Shown piece after piece: positions 28,856-38,637 of a DNA stretch of 64,000 bases (positions are counted from its first letter, which is position 1; every line of letters begins with the position of its first letter). A program made the position numbers and the translations under genes. The stretch is from an uncultured Candidatus Binatia bacterium (lineage in GTDB: Bacteria > Desulfobacterota > Binatia > UBA9968 > JAJDTQ01). The notes below the pieces were generated by a model. That model searched no databases. It saw nothing but the letters and a program-made list of their open reading frames with translations, and was not told the DNA's origin. The DNA lies in contig OZ244070.1 in assembly GCA_965215605.1 (NCBI GenBank), positions 3,712,001 to 3,776,000 of the forward strand. Direction: 5' to 3'.

Positions 28856-30181
28856 ATGCAGAACGACTTTCACGAACTGGCCGATTTCGCCGAATCTCTG
28901 CTGAAGGCCCGCGAGGTGCTGCTCCTGGCCTTCGCCGGCGAGGAGTCGAGCTTCGTGCGCTTCAACCGGAGTGCGGTGCGGCAGGCCGGCGCGGTGCATC
29001 AGCGCCAGCTCACCCTCCATCTCATCGCCGATCGGCGCCGGGTCACCGTCGACGCCACTGTGACGGGCGATGCTTCGCTGGACCGGGAACGGGTCCGGAG
29101 GGCGTTGGAGACCGCGCGCGAAAGGCTGGCAGTCTTGCCCGAAGACCCGTTCCTCCACTATGCCACCGAAAACCGCTCCACGGAGTCCGGGCATCCGAAC
29201 CGGTTGCCCGAAGACGAGGGACAGGTGGTGGAATCCATCGTCAGGGCGGGGGAGGGGCGCGACCTCGTGGGCATCTACATGGCGGGCGGGATTCACCGGG
29301 GTTTCGCCAATTCCCTGGGACAGCGGAACTGGTTTTCCACCTACAGTCATCACTTCGACTGGAGCTTTCATCTCGACGGCGACAAGGCGGTGAAGTGCGC
29401 CTACGCCGGGTTCGTGTGGGATCCGGCGGAGTTCGATGAACGGGTGGCGCGGGCGGCGGCCGAGCTGGAAGCATTGCGCCGGCCCCCGCGCACCCTGGAG
29501 CCCGGGCGCTACCGCGTCTACCTGGCGCCTCAGGCCCTCGAAGAGGTGGTCGGACTGCTCCGTTGGGGCGGGTTCGGACTCACCGCCCGGCAGACGCGGC
29601 GGACACCCTTGCTGCGCATGATCACGGGAGACGCCGCCCTGGACCCGTCGGTCAACATGGTGGAGGACGCCGGCGCCGGGTTGGCCGCGAACTTCGACGA
29701 TGCCGGCTTCATCAAACCCGACCGCATCACCCTCATCGACCGCGGAAGGTGCGGCGAGCCCCTGGTGTCGCCACGGGCGGCCAGGGAGTACGGCGTTCCA
29801 GCCAACGGCGCCGGCCGGCGCGAGTCTCCCGACTCCCTGGCCATGGCCGGCGGCACGATCCCGCGGCGCGACGTGCTCGCCGCCCTCGGCACCGGCATCT
29901 TTATCAACAACCTCTGGTACCTGAACTACTCCGACCGGGATGCCTGCCGCATGACCGGCATGACCCGGTTCGCCGCCTTCTGGGTGGAGAACGGCGAAGT
30001 GCAGGCTCCCGTGAACGTCATGCGCTTCGACGAGACGCTCTACCGTATGCTGGGCGACAACCTCGTGGGCCTGACCCGAGAGATGGAGCTGTTGCAGGAT
30101 TCGGGCTCCTACGGCCGCCGTTCCACCCGCAGCGTGCGGTTGCCGGGTGCCCTGGTGGAGGACTTCGCCTTGACCCTGTGA
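28856..30181 (+). CDS. tldE: TldE/PmbA family protein
   Basis: Follows tldD; RFNRS, TGMTR and NVMRFDE motifs; no HExxH. Confidence 0.8.
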   Translation: MQNDFHELADFAESLLKAREVLLLAFAGEESSFVRFNRSAVRQAGAVHQRQLTLHLIADRRRVTVDATVTGDASLDRERVRRALETARERLAVLPEDPFLHYATENRSTESGHPNRLPEDEGQVVESIVRAGEGRDLVGIYMAGGIHRGFANSLGQRNWFSTYSHHFDWSFHLDGDKAVKCAYAGFVWDPAEFDERVARAAAELEALRRPPRTLEPGRYRVYLAPQALEEVVGLLRWGGFGLTARQTRRTPLLRMITGDAALDPSVNMVEDAGAGLAANFDDAGFIKPDRITLIDRGRCGEPLVSPRAAREYGVPANGAGRRESPDSLAMAGGTIPRRDVLAALGTGIFINNLWYLNYSDRDACRMTGMTRFAAFWVENGEVQAPVNVMRFDETLYRMLGDNLVGLTREMELLQDSGSYGRRSTRSVRLPGALVEDFALTL

Positions 30182-30262
30182 CCGGGTCCGGGGGTTCTCG
30201 GGCATTGCAGATGCCGGACTCAAGTGATTTATTGAGCCGCAGGGACCGACAGGGAGGTAGAG

Positions 30263-31114
30263 ATGAAGACCAACGGTTATGATCGCAAGGCCGATGATCT
30301 CGGCAATATCGTCGCCCTCGAGCACGTCAACGTCACCATTCCCGATCAGGCCACGGCGGTGACGTTCTACGTCCTCGGGCTCGGGCTGACACGAGACCCC
30401 TATATGAACGTGGGCCTGAACAACATGTGGGTCAACGTCGGCGGCCAGCAGTTCCACCTGCCGACGCGAGGCGTCCAGAGGATTCCGGGGCATATCGGTC
30501 TGGTTCTATCCGACCTGGAGAAATTGAAGGAGCGCCTCGACACGGTCAAGCCGGAACTCAAGGAGACCCGCTTCAAGTGGCGCGACGCCGGCGACCACGT
30601 GGCGGTCACGGGCCCGTGGGGCAACCAGTTCCGTTGCCATTCCGCCGGGCCCGAGTTCGGCGACATGACCATCGGCATGCCGTACATAGAGTTCCTGACT
30701 CCTCCCGGCACGGCCCGGACCATCGGGAGATTCTACAAGTCGGTCCTCCAGGCGCCGGTCTCTTACAAGGGCGACAGCTCGAGAGTCAAGGTCGGCCGCA
30801 ACCAAAGCCTGGTCTTCACCGAGACCGACCGGAAAATCCCCCGCTACGACGGCCACCACATCGCGGTGTACATCGCCAACTTCTCGCGCGCCCACGAGTT
30901 CCTGCTACGCCGGGACCTGATCATGGAAGAGAGCAACGCACACCAGTACCGCTTCAGGGACATCGTGGACCCGAACACCGGAGAGAAAGCCTTCACGCTG
31001 GAGCACGAGGTGCGGAGCCTCTACCATCCCATGCTCGGCCGCACCATGGTCAACCGCAACGCCGAACAGACCCAGCGCGGTTATATTCCGGGGCGCGACG
31101 TCTATTATCCCTGA
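30263..31114 (+). CDS. VOC/glyoxalase-like protein
   Basis: LEHVNVTIPD..A..FYVLGLG, QFHLP, GPWGN and GHHIAVY; two VOC-like halves. Confidence 0.65.
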   Translation: MKTNGYDRKADDLGNIVALEHVNVTIPDQATAVTFYVLGLGLTRDPYMNVGLNNMWVNVGGQQFHLPTRGVQRIPGHIGLVLSDLEKLKERLDTVKPELKETRFKWRDAGDHVAVTGPWGNQFRCHSAGPEFGDMTIGMPYIEFLTPPGTARTIGRFYKSVLQAPVSYKGDSSRVKVGRNQSLVFTETDRKIPRYDGHHIAVYIANFSRAHEFLLRRDLIMEESNAHQYRFRDIVDPNTGEKAFTLEHEVRSLYHPMLGRTMVNRNAEQTQRGYIPGRDVYYP

Positions 31115-31265
31115 CCGCCATCCTTGACGGCACACCTCTGCGTCGTACGGGATGCCTCCGGAGAGAGGAGTCGGAGGCCGGGGAGAGGGCCCGGGGGCCG
31201 GACACCGGCGCCCCGGGCCAGGGCGAACTGTTCCCGTAGGACTCGCGCAGTCACAAGGAGTCATC

Positions 31266-31787
31266 ATGGACATCATGAAGGCAATGGAAACCGTCGACCT
31301 CGAGGCGCTCATGGAAAAGACCGCGGCCGAGGGCAAGGGGCGCGCGGTGGTATGGCAGGATTCCGAGTCCATCGCGTTCCTGAGCCGCGGGCGCAAGCGC
31401 CGCATGGACTTCCACGTGGACCCCAGCGACGAGGTGACGCTGGTGCTGAAAGGGGAGCAGCGCCTTCATTGCCTCGCCGGCGACGGCAAGGAGAAGGTGG
31501 TGGTCATGAAGCCCGGACAGATGACCCTGTGCCCGGGCGGGGTGCCCCATTCCCCGCGTGTCGACGACGACACCTGGTTCCTGGTATTCGAGCGGGTGCG
31601 CAAGCCCGGCGAGCAGGACCGGTTCATGTGGTTTTGCGAGAGCTGCGGCAAGAAGGTATACGAGGTGGACGTCACGGTGGGCAACTACAGCGACGACCCC
31701 GTGGGGCAAGTGCATCGCGAGTTCTACGGCGACGAGAAGCGCAGGACCTGCAAGGACTGCGGCAGCGTCGTCCCCACACCGGAATGA
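31266..31787 (+). CDS. 3-hydroxyanthranilate 3,4-dioxygenase-like cupin (divergent)
   Basis: DFHVDPSDE, PHSP, FER and WFCESC...RTCKDCG rubredoxin-like site; AAGGAG RBS. Confidence 0.82.
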   Translation: MDIMKAMETVDLEALMEKTAAEGKGRAVVWQDSESIAFLSRGRKRRMDFHVDPSDEVTLVLKGEQRLHCLAGDGKEKVVVMKPGQMTLCPGGVPHSPRVDDDTWFLVFERVRKPGEQDRFMWFCESCGKKVYEVDVTVGNYSDDPVGQVHREFYGDEKRRTCKDCGSVVPTPE

Positions 31788-31806
31788 CGGCGCGGACACC
31801 AGGCGG

Positions 31807-32568
31807 ATGATGGACTACAACCAGGCGCTGGAACGGCTGGCCGGCGGCTACGGCAAGGCCGAACGGGAGGTGGTTGCGACGTATTTCAACGCACCGCGCA
31901 CGCCCGAGGAACACACCCGGTGGCTCAAGGCCCAGGCCTTCAAGGAATACTCGGCCATCCAGCCGCTCATCCGCGCCCTCGACAAGCTCTACCCGCAACT
32001 CGACCGGCAAATGGACCGCCACGACTACGAAGAGCTCTGTCACAAGCTCGGCGACGAGATGAGCCACGCCAGGCTGATCATGGATTTCCTGGAGGAACTG
32101 ACCGGGAAACGGCTCACGCAGAAAGACCTCGCCTGGCTGCCCGAGGACCGCAAGCTCGCCGAGGTGCGGGCTCGCTACTCCCGCAGCTACGCCGGACTGC
32201 TGCACGGCTCCGAGCGCATCACCGCCACCGAGATCCAGCGGCGCGACGAGATGCTGGAACGCGCCGCCATCACCCTGACCGAAGGCGGCGGCGGCGCGCT
32301 GTACGAGGTCTGCCGGCACCTGAAGGGCAACCGCATCAACCGGAGGATCGCCTCCATCTTCGGACGCATCCACCGCGACGAGACCAGGCACAGCGACGCC
32401 AACGAGCTGGCCGCGTTGGTCAAGACCCGCAAGGACTACGACCGCGCCCGCCGCATCATTGCCAACGTCTCGTCCCAGCGGCTGCGCATGCGTAACGAAC
32501 AGTTCGGTTTTCCCTTGAGCCGGAGCGGACTTCGCGCGCTGGAACGGGAATGTACGGCGACCGCGTGA
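31807..32568 (+). CDS. Ferritin-like diiron-carboxylate protein
   Basis: KEY, DEMSH, TEG and DETRH give an E...ExxH...E...ExxH pattern. Confidence 0.65.
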   Translation: MMDYNQALERLAGGYGKAEREVVATYFNAPRTPEEHTRWLKAQAFKEYSAIQPLIRALDKLYPQLDRQMDRHDYEELCHKLGDEMSHARLIMDFLEELTGKRLTQKDLAWLPEDRKLAEVRARYSRSYAGLLHGSERITATEIQRRDEMLERAAITLTEGGGGALYEVCRHLKGNRINRRIASIFGRIHRDETRHSDANELAALVKTRKDYDRARRIIANVSSQRLRMRNEQFGFPLSRSGLRALERECTATA

Positions 32569-32645
32569 AGCCGGGGCCGGGGTCGTCGAGGCAACATACC
32601 GGGGGCGGGCTCCGCCGGCCCGCATGATTCAATGGGGAGGTTTCC

Positions 32646-33764
32646 GTGAGCAAGGACGCAATGCCGGTCATCGACATGGACTCGCACGTCGAGGAGCCCA
32701 AGGAGGTCTGGGAGCGCCTCGACCCGAAATACGCGGATCGCAAGCCCTTCCCGGTGATGGCCGAGGATATCCCGTCCCTGGGGGGCATCAACGCCTTCTG
32801 GTACATCGACGGCACCGTCTACCCCAAGCCCATGGGCCGGGGGAACCTGGTGTACGGCACTCCCATCGAGATGCGCTTCGCCACCCAGAAGGAGTTCACC
32901 ATCGGCTCCCAGACCATGACCGACATCCCGGCGCGCCTGAAGGACATGGACGCGGTGGGCATCGACGTCCAGGTGGTGTTCTCCACGGTGTTCCTCCAAC
33001 CGGTGACCGACGACCTCATGTTCGAGGCGGCGCTGATGCGCAGCTACAACACCTGGATGGCATCCGCCTGCGCGGAACGCCCTGACCGCTTGAAATGGGG
33101 CGCCATCCTGCCCATGAGGGACCCGCGCCTCGCCCTCGACGAGCTCAACCACAGCCTGAAGCTCGGCGCCTCCGTGGCCGGCATCTACGGCACCGTGGGC
33201 GAGACCATGCTGCACGACCGCTACTACGATGAGTTCTTCGCGGAGGTGGAGCGGCTGGGCGTGCCCCTTGCCATCCACGCCGGTTGGAGCCATCCCGGCA
33301 TCACCCGCAGCATGGACGACGTCTCGGGCTCCCGCGCCCTGGGCTTCACGCTCCCGGTGATGATGGGGTTCTACAGCTTCGTGGGCGGCGGCATCCTGGA
33401 GCGCCACCCCCGTCTCAGGGTCGCCTTCATGGAGATCGGCGTGCAGTGGCTCCCCTACCTGGTGCAACGCATCGACCACTACCACCACGCCGACAGCGCC
33501 CTGGGCCTGCCATTGCCCGTCAAGCAGCCGGTTTCCGAAACCCTCAAGCAGAGCGACATCTACTTCACGCCGGAGGCGGACGAACTTTTCCTGCCGCAGG
33601 TGGCGGAGTACGTGGGCGAGGACCGGCTGCTGTTCGAAGGGGACATGCCCCACGCCGAGGCCCGAGAGGGCGCCAAGGGAGAGTTGCTGGAGCGGGCCGA
33701 CCTCTCGGAGGAGCTCAAGTGGAAGATCCTGAGCGTCAACGGCCGGCGGTTCCTCAACCTGTGA
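32646..33764 (+). CDS. Amidohydrolase_2 family protein
   Basis: DMDSHVEE, RLKDMD, IHAG, HPRLRVAFME and DMPH motifs. Confidence 0.88.
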   Translation: MSKDAMPVIDMDSHVEEPKEVWERLDPKYADRKPFPVMAEDIPSLGGINAFWYIDGTVYPKPMGRGNLVYGTPIEMRFATQKEFTIGSQTMTDIPARLKDMDAVGIDVQVVFSTVFLQPVTDDLMFEAALMRSYNTWMASACAERPDRLKWGAILPMRDPRLALDELNHSLKLGASVAGIYGTVGETMLHDRYYDEFFAEVERLGVPLAIHAGWSHPGITRSMDDVSGSRALGFTLPVMMGFYSFVGGGILERHPRLRVAFMEIGVQWLPYLVQRIDHYHHADSALGLPLPVKQPVSETLKQSDIYFTPEADELFLPQVAEYVGEDRLLFEGDMPHAEAREGAKGELLERADLSEELKWKILSVNGRRFLNL

Positions 33765-33774
33765 CGGAAACGGC

Positions 33775-33978
33775 ATGACCCCCGAAACGCTGGCGGACAA
33801 GATACTGGAGCGGCTGAAAGACGGCCCGCTCCACTTCGAGGACATCCTGCTCCAGTTCAGGAAAGAACCCTACCGGGTCGTCCTCCAGGCCTGGGGCCGG
33901 CTTCGGGAGGCGGACGCTCTCGGACGAGAGATCGAGACCGGGCGCTACGTGGCCGGGGAGGACGTCCACGAGAAGTAG
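33775..33978 (+). CDS. Hypothetical 67-aa protein, possibly winged-helix
   Basis: Fits between operon genes with 10-14 nt gaps; three-helix plus beta-wing pattern. Confidence 0.65.
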   Translation: MTPETLADKILERLKDGPLHFEDILLQFRKEPYRVVLQAWGRLREADALGREIETGRYVAGEDVHEK

Positions 33979-33992
33979 ACGAGGAATCATCC

Positions 33993-34757
33993 ATGGCTCA
34001 CGACTTCGACGGTAAGGTCATCATCGTCACCGGCGGCGCCCGCGGCATCGGCCAGGTCTACTCGCGGGAGTTGGCCAAGGCCGGCGCCAAGGTCGTGGTG
34101 TCCGACATCCTGGACGGCGAACCCTGCGCATCCGGGATACGCGAGCAGAGTGGCGAGGCGTTCTTCGTCAGGGCCGACGTCACCAGCGAGGAGAGCGTCA
34201 AGGCGCTGGCCGCGGCGGCCCACGACCGCTACGGTCGCATCGACGGTCTGGTGAACAACGCGGCGATCTTCGCCGATGTCCGCTACGCCCCGTTCGACGA
34301 GATCAGCGTGGCCGAGTGGGACCAGGTCATGGACGTGAACGTCAAGGGCGTGTGGCTGGCGGCGCGCGCGGTCTACCCCTACATGAAGGAGCAGGGCTCC
34401 GGGAAGATCGTCAACATCGCCTCCGGCGTGCCCTTCAAGGGGATCCCCGTCTATGTCCACTACACGGTGTCCAAGGGCGCGGTGGTGTCCCTGACGCGCG
34501 TCCTGGCCCGGGCCACCGGAAAGGACGGCATCTGCGTCAACGCCGTTGCGCCGGGGCTGACCCGCAGCGAGAGCCTGCTGGCGGCGCGCGGCGGCCTGGT
34601 GGACGAGGACGACGTGCCGCAGATCCAGAGCCGCGCCATCCCCCGCAGCCAGTATCCCGAGGACATCGTCGGCGCGGTCCTGTTCTTCCTCTCCGACGCC
34701 GCCAGCTTCATCACCGGACAGACGCTGCTGGTGGACGGCGGCTCCTACATGCACTGA
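33993..34757 (+). CDS. Short-chain dehydrogenase/reductase
   Basis: TGGARGIG, NNAA, YTVSK and VNAVAPG motifs. Confidence 0.92.
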   Translation: MAHDFDGKVIIVTGGARGIGQVYSRELAKAGAKVVVSDILDGEPCASGIREQSGEAFFVRADVTSEESVKALAAAAHDRYGRIDGLVNNAAIFADVRYAPFDEISVAEWDQVMDVNVKGVWLAARAVYPYMKEQGSGKIVNIASGVPFKGIPVYVHYTVSKGAVVSLTRVLARATGKDGICVNAVAPGLTRSESLLAARGGLVDEDDVPQIQSRAIPRSQYPEDIVGAVLFFLSDAASFITGQTLLVDGGSYMH

Positions 34758-34764
34758 GTTTCTC

Positions 34765-36132
34765 ATGAGCCGGACACCCAAACTGCCGTACCACGACATG
34801 CGCGGGCTGGTGGCGCTGCTGGAATCCGAGGGCCAGCTCCGGCGCATCACCAAGCCGGTGGAGGCCCGCTACCTCAACACGCTGCTGGCGCAGGCCGACA
34901 CGGCGCTCTTGATGGAAAACGTCGAGGGCTATTCCATGCCGGTGGTGGGCGGCCTGGTGGGCTCGCGCCGGCGGGTGGCGCTGGGGCTGGGGTGCGACCA
35001 GAAGACCGTGGGACGCACGTTCATGGAGGCGCTGGACAAACCCGTCGAAGCGGAAGTCGTGGCCGGCGGCGCGGCCCAGGAGGTCGTGAAGACCGGCGCC
35101 GAGGTGGACCTCACCGAACTGCCGATTCCGTTTCAGCACCGCAAGGACGGCGGACCCTACCTCTCCGCCGGCATCTCGGTGTCCAAGGACGAAGCCGGGC
35201 GCCGCAACGCCGGCTGCTACCGGCTCATGTACCGGACCCCGCGGGAGACCAGCATCGACCTGGTGTCGCCGTCGGACATGCGTTTCAGCTACGAAGCCGC
35301 GCTCAAGCGGAACGAGCCGCTGCCCGTCGCCATCGCCTTCGGCACGGGCACCCCGGAGCTCATCGCCGCGGCCTACAAGGCACCGCCGGGCTACGACGAG
35401 TTCGCGGTGGCCGGGGCGTTGTACGGCCGGCCGGTGCCGCTGGTGAAGTGCAAGACCGTGGACCTGGAAGTTCCCGCTGACGCGGAAATCGTCCTGGAAG
35501 GGGAGATCTCCGCCGACGGCTGGACCATTGACGAGGGCCGCTACGGCGACTTCACCGGGCACCAGTGCTCGATCCGCTGGAACCCGGTGTTCAAGGTGAA
35601 GGCGGTGACCCACCGCAGGAACCCCATCCTCCACACCATCCTGATGCCGTGGGAGAACGACTGGCTGGAGGCGCCGCCGCTGGAGGCCGCCGGATGGCGA
35701 GCGCTGCGCGAGGCCAGCGTCAAGACCGTGGCGGTGTACGCCACCCCGGGAAGCGCCTGCTACTGGCACCTCTACGCCGCCATCGACAAGCGCCCCGGTG
35801 AAGGCAAGAACGCCCTCATGGCGCTCATGTCACTCCACGCCATCAAGCTCGTGGTGGTCACCGACGGCGACGTGGACCTCACCGACCCCATGGCCGTTGA
35901 ACGGGCCATGGCCTTCCGGGTGCAGCCGGACGAGGATGTCATCATCGTCTCCGGCGCCCGCGGCAAGCACCTCGACCCCACCCTCAAGGCCTCCCGCCTC
36001 CCCAAGGGCTCGCTCCCCACCACATCCAAGATGGGCATCGACGCCACCATCCCCGACGACGTCGACCCCGCGGAGTACGAGCTGCTGGAGTACCCCTTCA
36101 TGGACGAGGTCAAGCTGGAGGACTTCCTGTAA
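34765..36132 (+). CDS. UbiD family prFMN-dependent (de)carboxylase
   Basis: DGGPY, YRLM, VPADAEIVLEG, EGRYGDFTG and KMGIDAT motifs. Confidence 0.92.
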   Translation: MSRTPKLPYHDMRGLVALLESEGQLRRITKPVEARYLNTLLAQADTALLMENVEGYSMPVVGGLVGSRRRVALGLGCDQKTVGRTFMEALDKPVEAEVVAGGAAQEVVKTGAEVDLTELPIPFQHRKDGGPYLSAGISVSKDEAGRRNAGCYRLMYRTPRETSIDLVSPSDMRFSYEAALKRNEPLPVAIAFGTGTPELIAAAYKAPPGYDEFAVAGALYGRPVPLVKCKTVDLEVPADAEIVLEGEISADGWTIDEGRYGDFTGHQCSIRWNPVFKVKAVTHRRNPILHTILMPWENDWLEAPPLEAAGWRALREASVKTVAVYATPGSACYWHLYAAIDKRPGEGKNALMALMSLHAIKLVVVTDGDVDLTDPMAVERAMAFRVQPDEDVIIVSGARGKHLDPTLKASRLPKGSLPTTSKMGIDATIPDDVDPAEYELLEYPFMDEVKLEDFL

Positions 36133-36331
36133 GTCACCGGCAGCGGGTCAGCGGCGAACGGACTCCCACGGTGCGGCACGGCTGTTCCGACCGAGGATCA
36201 CTCTGAAGCGTCCGCCGCCGGGACGACGAACGTCGCCAACGATACGTCACGGGCCTTTCCTGCAGCCGAGCCAGCCCTGACGCCGTTCAGAAGGGTCCAA
36301 CTTTGTCGCGACACTAAGGTTTTGCGCTTGA

Positions 36332-37129
36332 GTGCCGATTCGTTTCCGTGTGGGCAACACGGATCGACAGTTTCCCGGAAGATGGGCCCGGCGGGCGCTC
36401 AAGGCGGTGCTGGACGTCGTCTTTCCGCCCTGTTGCATGGCCTGCGAACGTTTCCTTCCCTTGGCCGCGCAAGGCGCCTTTTGCATTCCCTGCGGCGAGC
36501 GAATCCAATTGGCGCGGCCGCCGTTCTGCACGCTCTGCGGGCGGCCTTATCTCCATGAATGGCAGGGCGACCACCTGTGTGGCGCCTGTCTGCTTCAGCC
36601 GCCGTCCTTCTCTCTGGCGCGGAGCTGGGCATGTTACCCGCGCGGGGCCGACGCTTCTCATCCGCTGCGCCAGGTCGTGCATCGGTTCAAGTACGGCAGG
36701 CAGGCATCCTTCGGCAAGCCCCTCGGGCTGCTCGCGGCACGGGCCTGCCGTCCGTGGTTTCAACCGTCCGGCATCGATCTCATCATCCCGGTGCCGCTGC
36801 ATCCTCGGCGGTTGCGCTGGCGCGGATTCAACCAATCCGTGCTGCTGGGGCGGGAGGTCGGCAGGGAGTGGGGAATCCGCCTGGACCCCTTCGTGCTCAT
36901 GCGAAAGACGGAGAGCCCGCCTCAGAGCACGTTGAGCCTGAAGGAACGGGGCGCCAACGTCCGCGGCGCCTTCCGGGTCGCTCCGCGCAACACCGTCGAG
37001 GGGATGCGGCTGCTGCTGGTGGACGACATCTACACGTCCGGGGCTACGGTCAACGAGTGCGCCCGCGTGCTGCGGCGTTCGGGTGCGCGGGAGGTCCAGG
37101 TGCTAACCCTGGGGCGGACGATGGCGTGA
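36332..37129 (+). CDS. comF: ComF family protein (double zinc ribbon + PRT-like domain)
   Basis: CxxC repeats, PVPLH..R..WRGFNQS, LLVDDIYTSGAT; start codon uncertain. Confidence 0.85.
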   Translation: MPIRFRVGNTDRQFPGRWARRALKAVLDVVFPPCCMACERFLPLAAQGAFCIPCGERIQLARPPFCTLCGRPYLHEWQGDHLCGACLLQPPSFSLARSWACYPRGADASHPLRQVVHRFKYGRQASFGKPLGLLAARACRPWFQPSGIDLIIPVPLHPRRLRWRGFNQSVLLGREVGREWGIRLDPFVLMRKTESPPQSTLSLKERGANVRGAFRVAPRNTVEGMRLLLVDDIYTSGATVNECARVLRRSGAREVQVLTLGRTMA

Positions 37130-37143
37130 GGCGCGGCGGGCGG

Positions 37144-38499
37144 TCAACGGCGGCTCAGCGTGACCGCTATGCCATGACGCGCCTTGAGGGTGACCTTGGA
37201 GATGGTTCCGATGGGGTGATGGGGTACGATGTGGACCCGGAAACGCTGAAGGATCTGCGCCAGCACCAACTGGATCTCGAGCATGGCCATGCCCGCGCCA
37301 ATGCAGGTACGGGGACCCGCGGCGAAAGGCAGGTAGGAGTAGGGATGACGCCCTTCGCCCCGGCTCGGGTGAAACCGCTCCGGGTCGAAGCGCTCCGGGT
37401 CAGGCCAGAACTCGGTGTGCCGGTGAAGCGTATAGGGCGCAATCACGACGTTGGCCTTGGCGGGCAGCAAACAGCCATTGAAGACCTCCGCTCGTTCGGC
37501 CCGCCGCGCGTAGGCCCACACCGGGGGATAGATACGCATGGATTCCTGTACCACCTGTTTCAGGTAGGGGAGCCGCGGGAGGTCGTCGGCGTCCGCGGCG
37601 GCGCCGTTCAGGGCCGTCGTGAGACTCTCGGTCAGGCGCGCCTCGATGTCGGGATGGGTGCCCAGCAGATAGAGTGTCCAGGCAAGGCCCGTGGCCGAGG
37701 TCTCGTGTCCGGCCAGCATCAGCGTCATCACCTCATCGCGCACCTGCCTGTCGTCCATGCCTTCGGCAGCGTCGTCATCACGGGCATGGATCAGGCAGTC
37801 CAGGATGTCCTTGTCGCCGGCACCGTGGCGCCGGCGGGCCTCGATCATCCCGTACACGATTTCGTCAAGGCGCCCCATCGCGCGTCTCCACTTCAGGTTG
37901 TGGGGCGTGGGAATCCAGGGAAAGAGCGTCATCAGCGCCCGCGGCTCCATCGGATCCAGGTTGATGGTGTCGAGAATATCCGCGACCTCGTCGACGTATC
38001 TCTCGAGGTCGGCGCCGAACAGCGTTGCGCCGACGATGGCGAACGTGAGCCTGCTCATTTCGCGGTCGAGAAGAAGCGTGTCACCGCCGACCTTCGTTTC
38101 CCACTCGTCCATCAGTGAACGCGTCTGCGCGTTGATCTCGTTGTCGAAGCCGTTGACCCGCCGGTGGGTGAACATGGGTTGGATGAGGCCCCGTTGACGG
38201 ACCCAATGGGAGCCGTCATTGGTCACGAGCCCCTTGCCCAGGATCTGCGCCAGCACCCGATAGTCAATGATGTGCTTGGAGAAATGGCGGTGGTCCCGCG
38301 ACAGTACCGAACGTATGAAGTCAGGGTGGTTGAGGATATAGACGTCGTGAAATCCGCGCCAGCGCAGGAAGTCGCCGTGCCTCTGGAGCAACTGGTGCAT
38401 CAGCACGTGCTGTTGCTCGTTCATGTGCCGGATCTGGTGAAACCGTGACGTCGAAGGCGGATACGGCGCCGCCTCGACCCCCCGGCCGTTGATGGCCAT
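37144..38499 (-). CDS. Cytochrome P450
   Basis: AGHETS I-helix, ESMR (ExxR), FDPERF, FAAGPRTCIG heme motif. Confidence 0.95.
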   Translation of the reverse strand: MAINGRGVEAAPYPPSTSRFHQIRHMNEQQHVLMHQLLQRHGDFLRWRGFHDVYILNHPDFIRSVLSRDHRHFSKHIIDYRVLAQILGKGLVTNDGSHWVRQRGLIQPMFTHRRVNGFDNEINAQTRSLMDEWETKVGGDTLLLDREMSRLTFAIVGATLFGADLERYVDEVADILDTINLDPMEPRALMTLFPWIPTPHNLKWRRAMGRLDEIVYGMIEARRRHGAGDKDILDCLIHARDDDAAEGMDDRQVRDEVMTLMLAGHETSATGLAWTLYLLGTHPDIEARLTESLTTALNGAAADADDLPRLPYLKQVVQESMRIYPPVWAYARRAERAEVFNGCLLPAKANVVIAPYTLHRHTEFWPDPERFDPERFHPSRGEGRHPYSYLPFAAGPRTCIGAGMAMLEIQLVLAQILQRFRVHIVPHHPIGTISKVTLKARHGIAVTLSRR

Positions 38500-38637
38500 G
38501 AAAACAGTCTACGCCTACCGCATGTTTTCACCAAACCGGGCCTTGGGGGCGCCCACTTGCACTATGGTGCATTTCCGATAAAAGGAGGAGACGACCGGCG
38601 CGCGCCGAAGCCGGCGCCCCGTCGGGAGGAAACACGC

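Noticed and set aside
27348-33978. RiPP cluster (TldDE plus small ORF)
   Set aside because: There is no YcaO, radical SAM or precursor-like peptide, and the 67-aa ORF looks like a folded domain.
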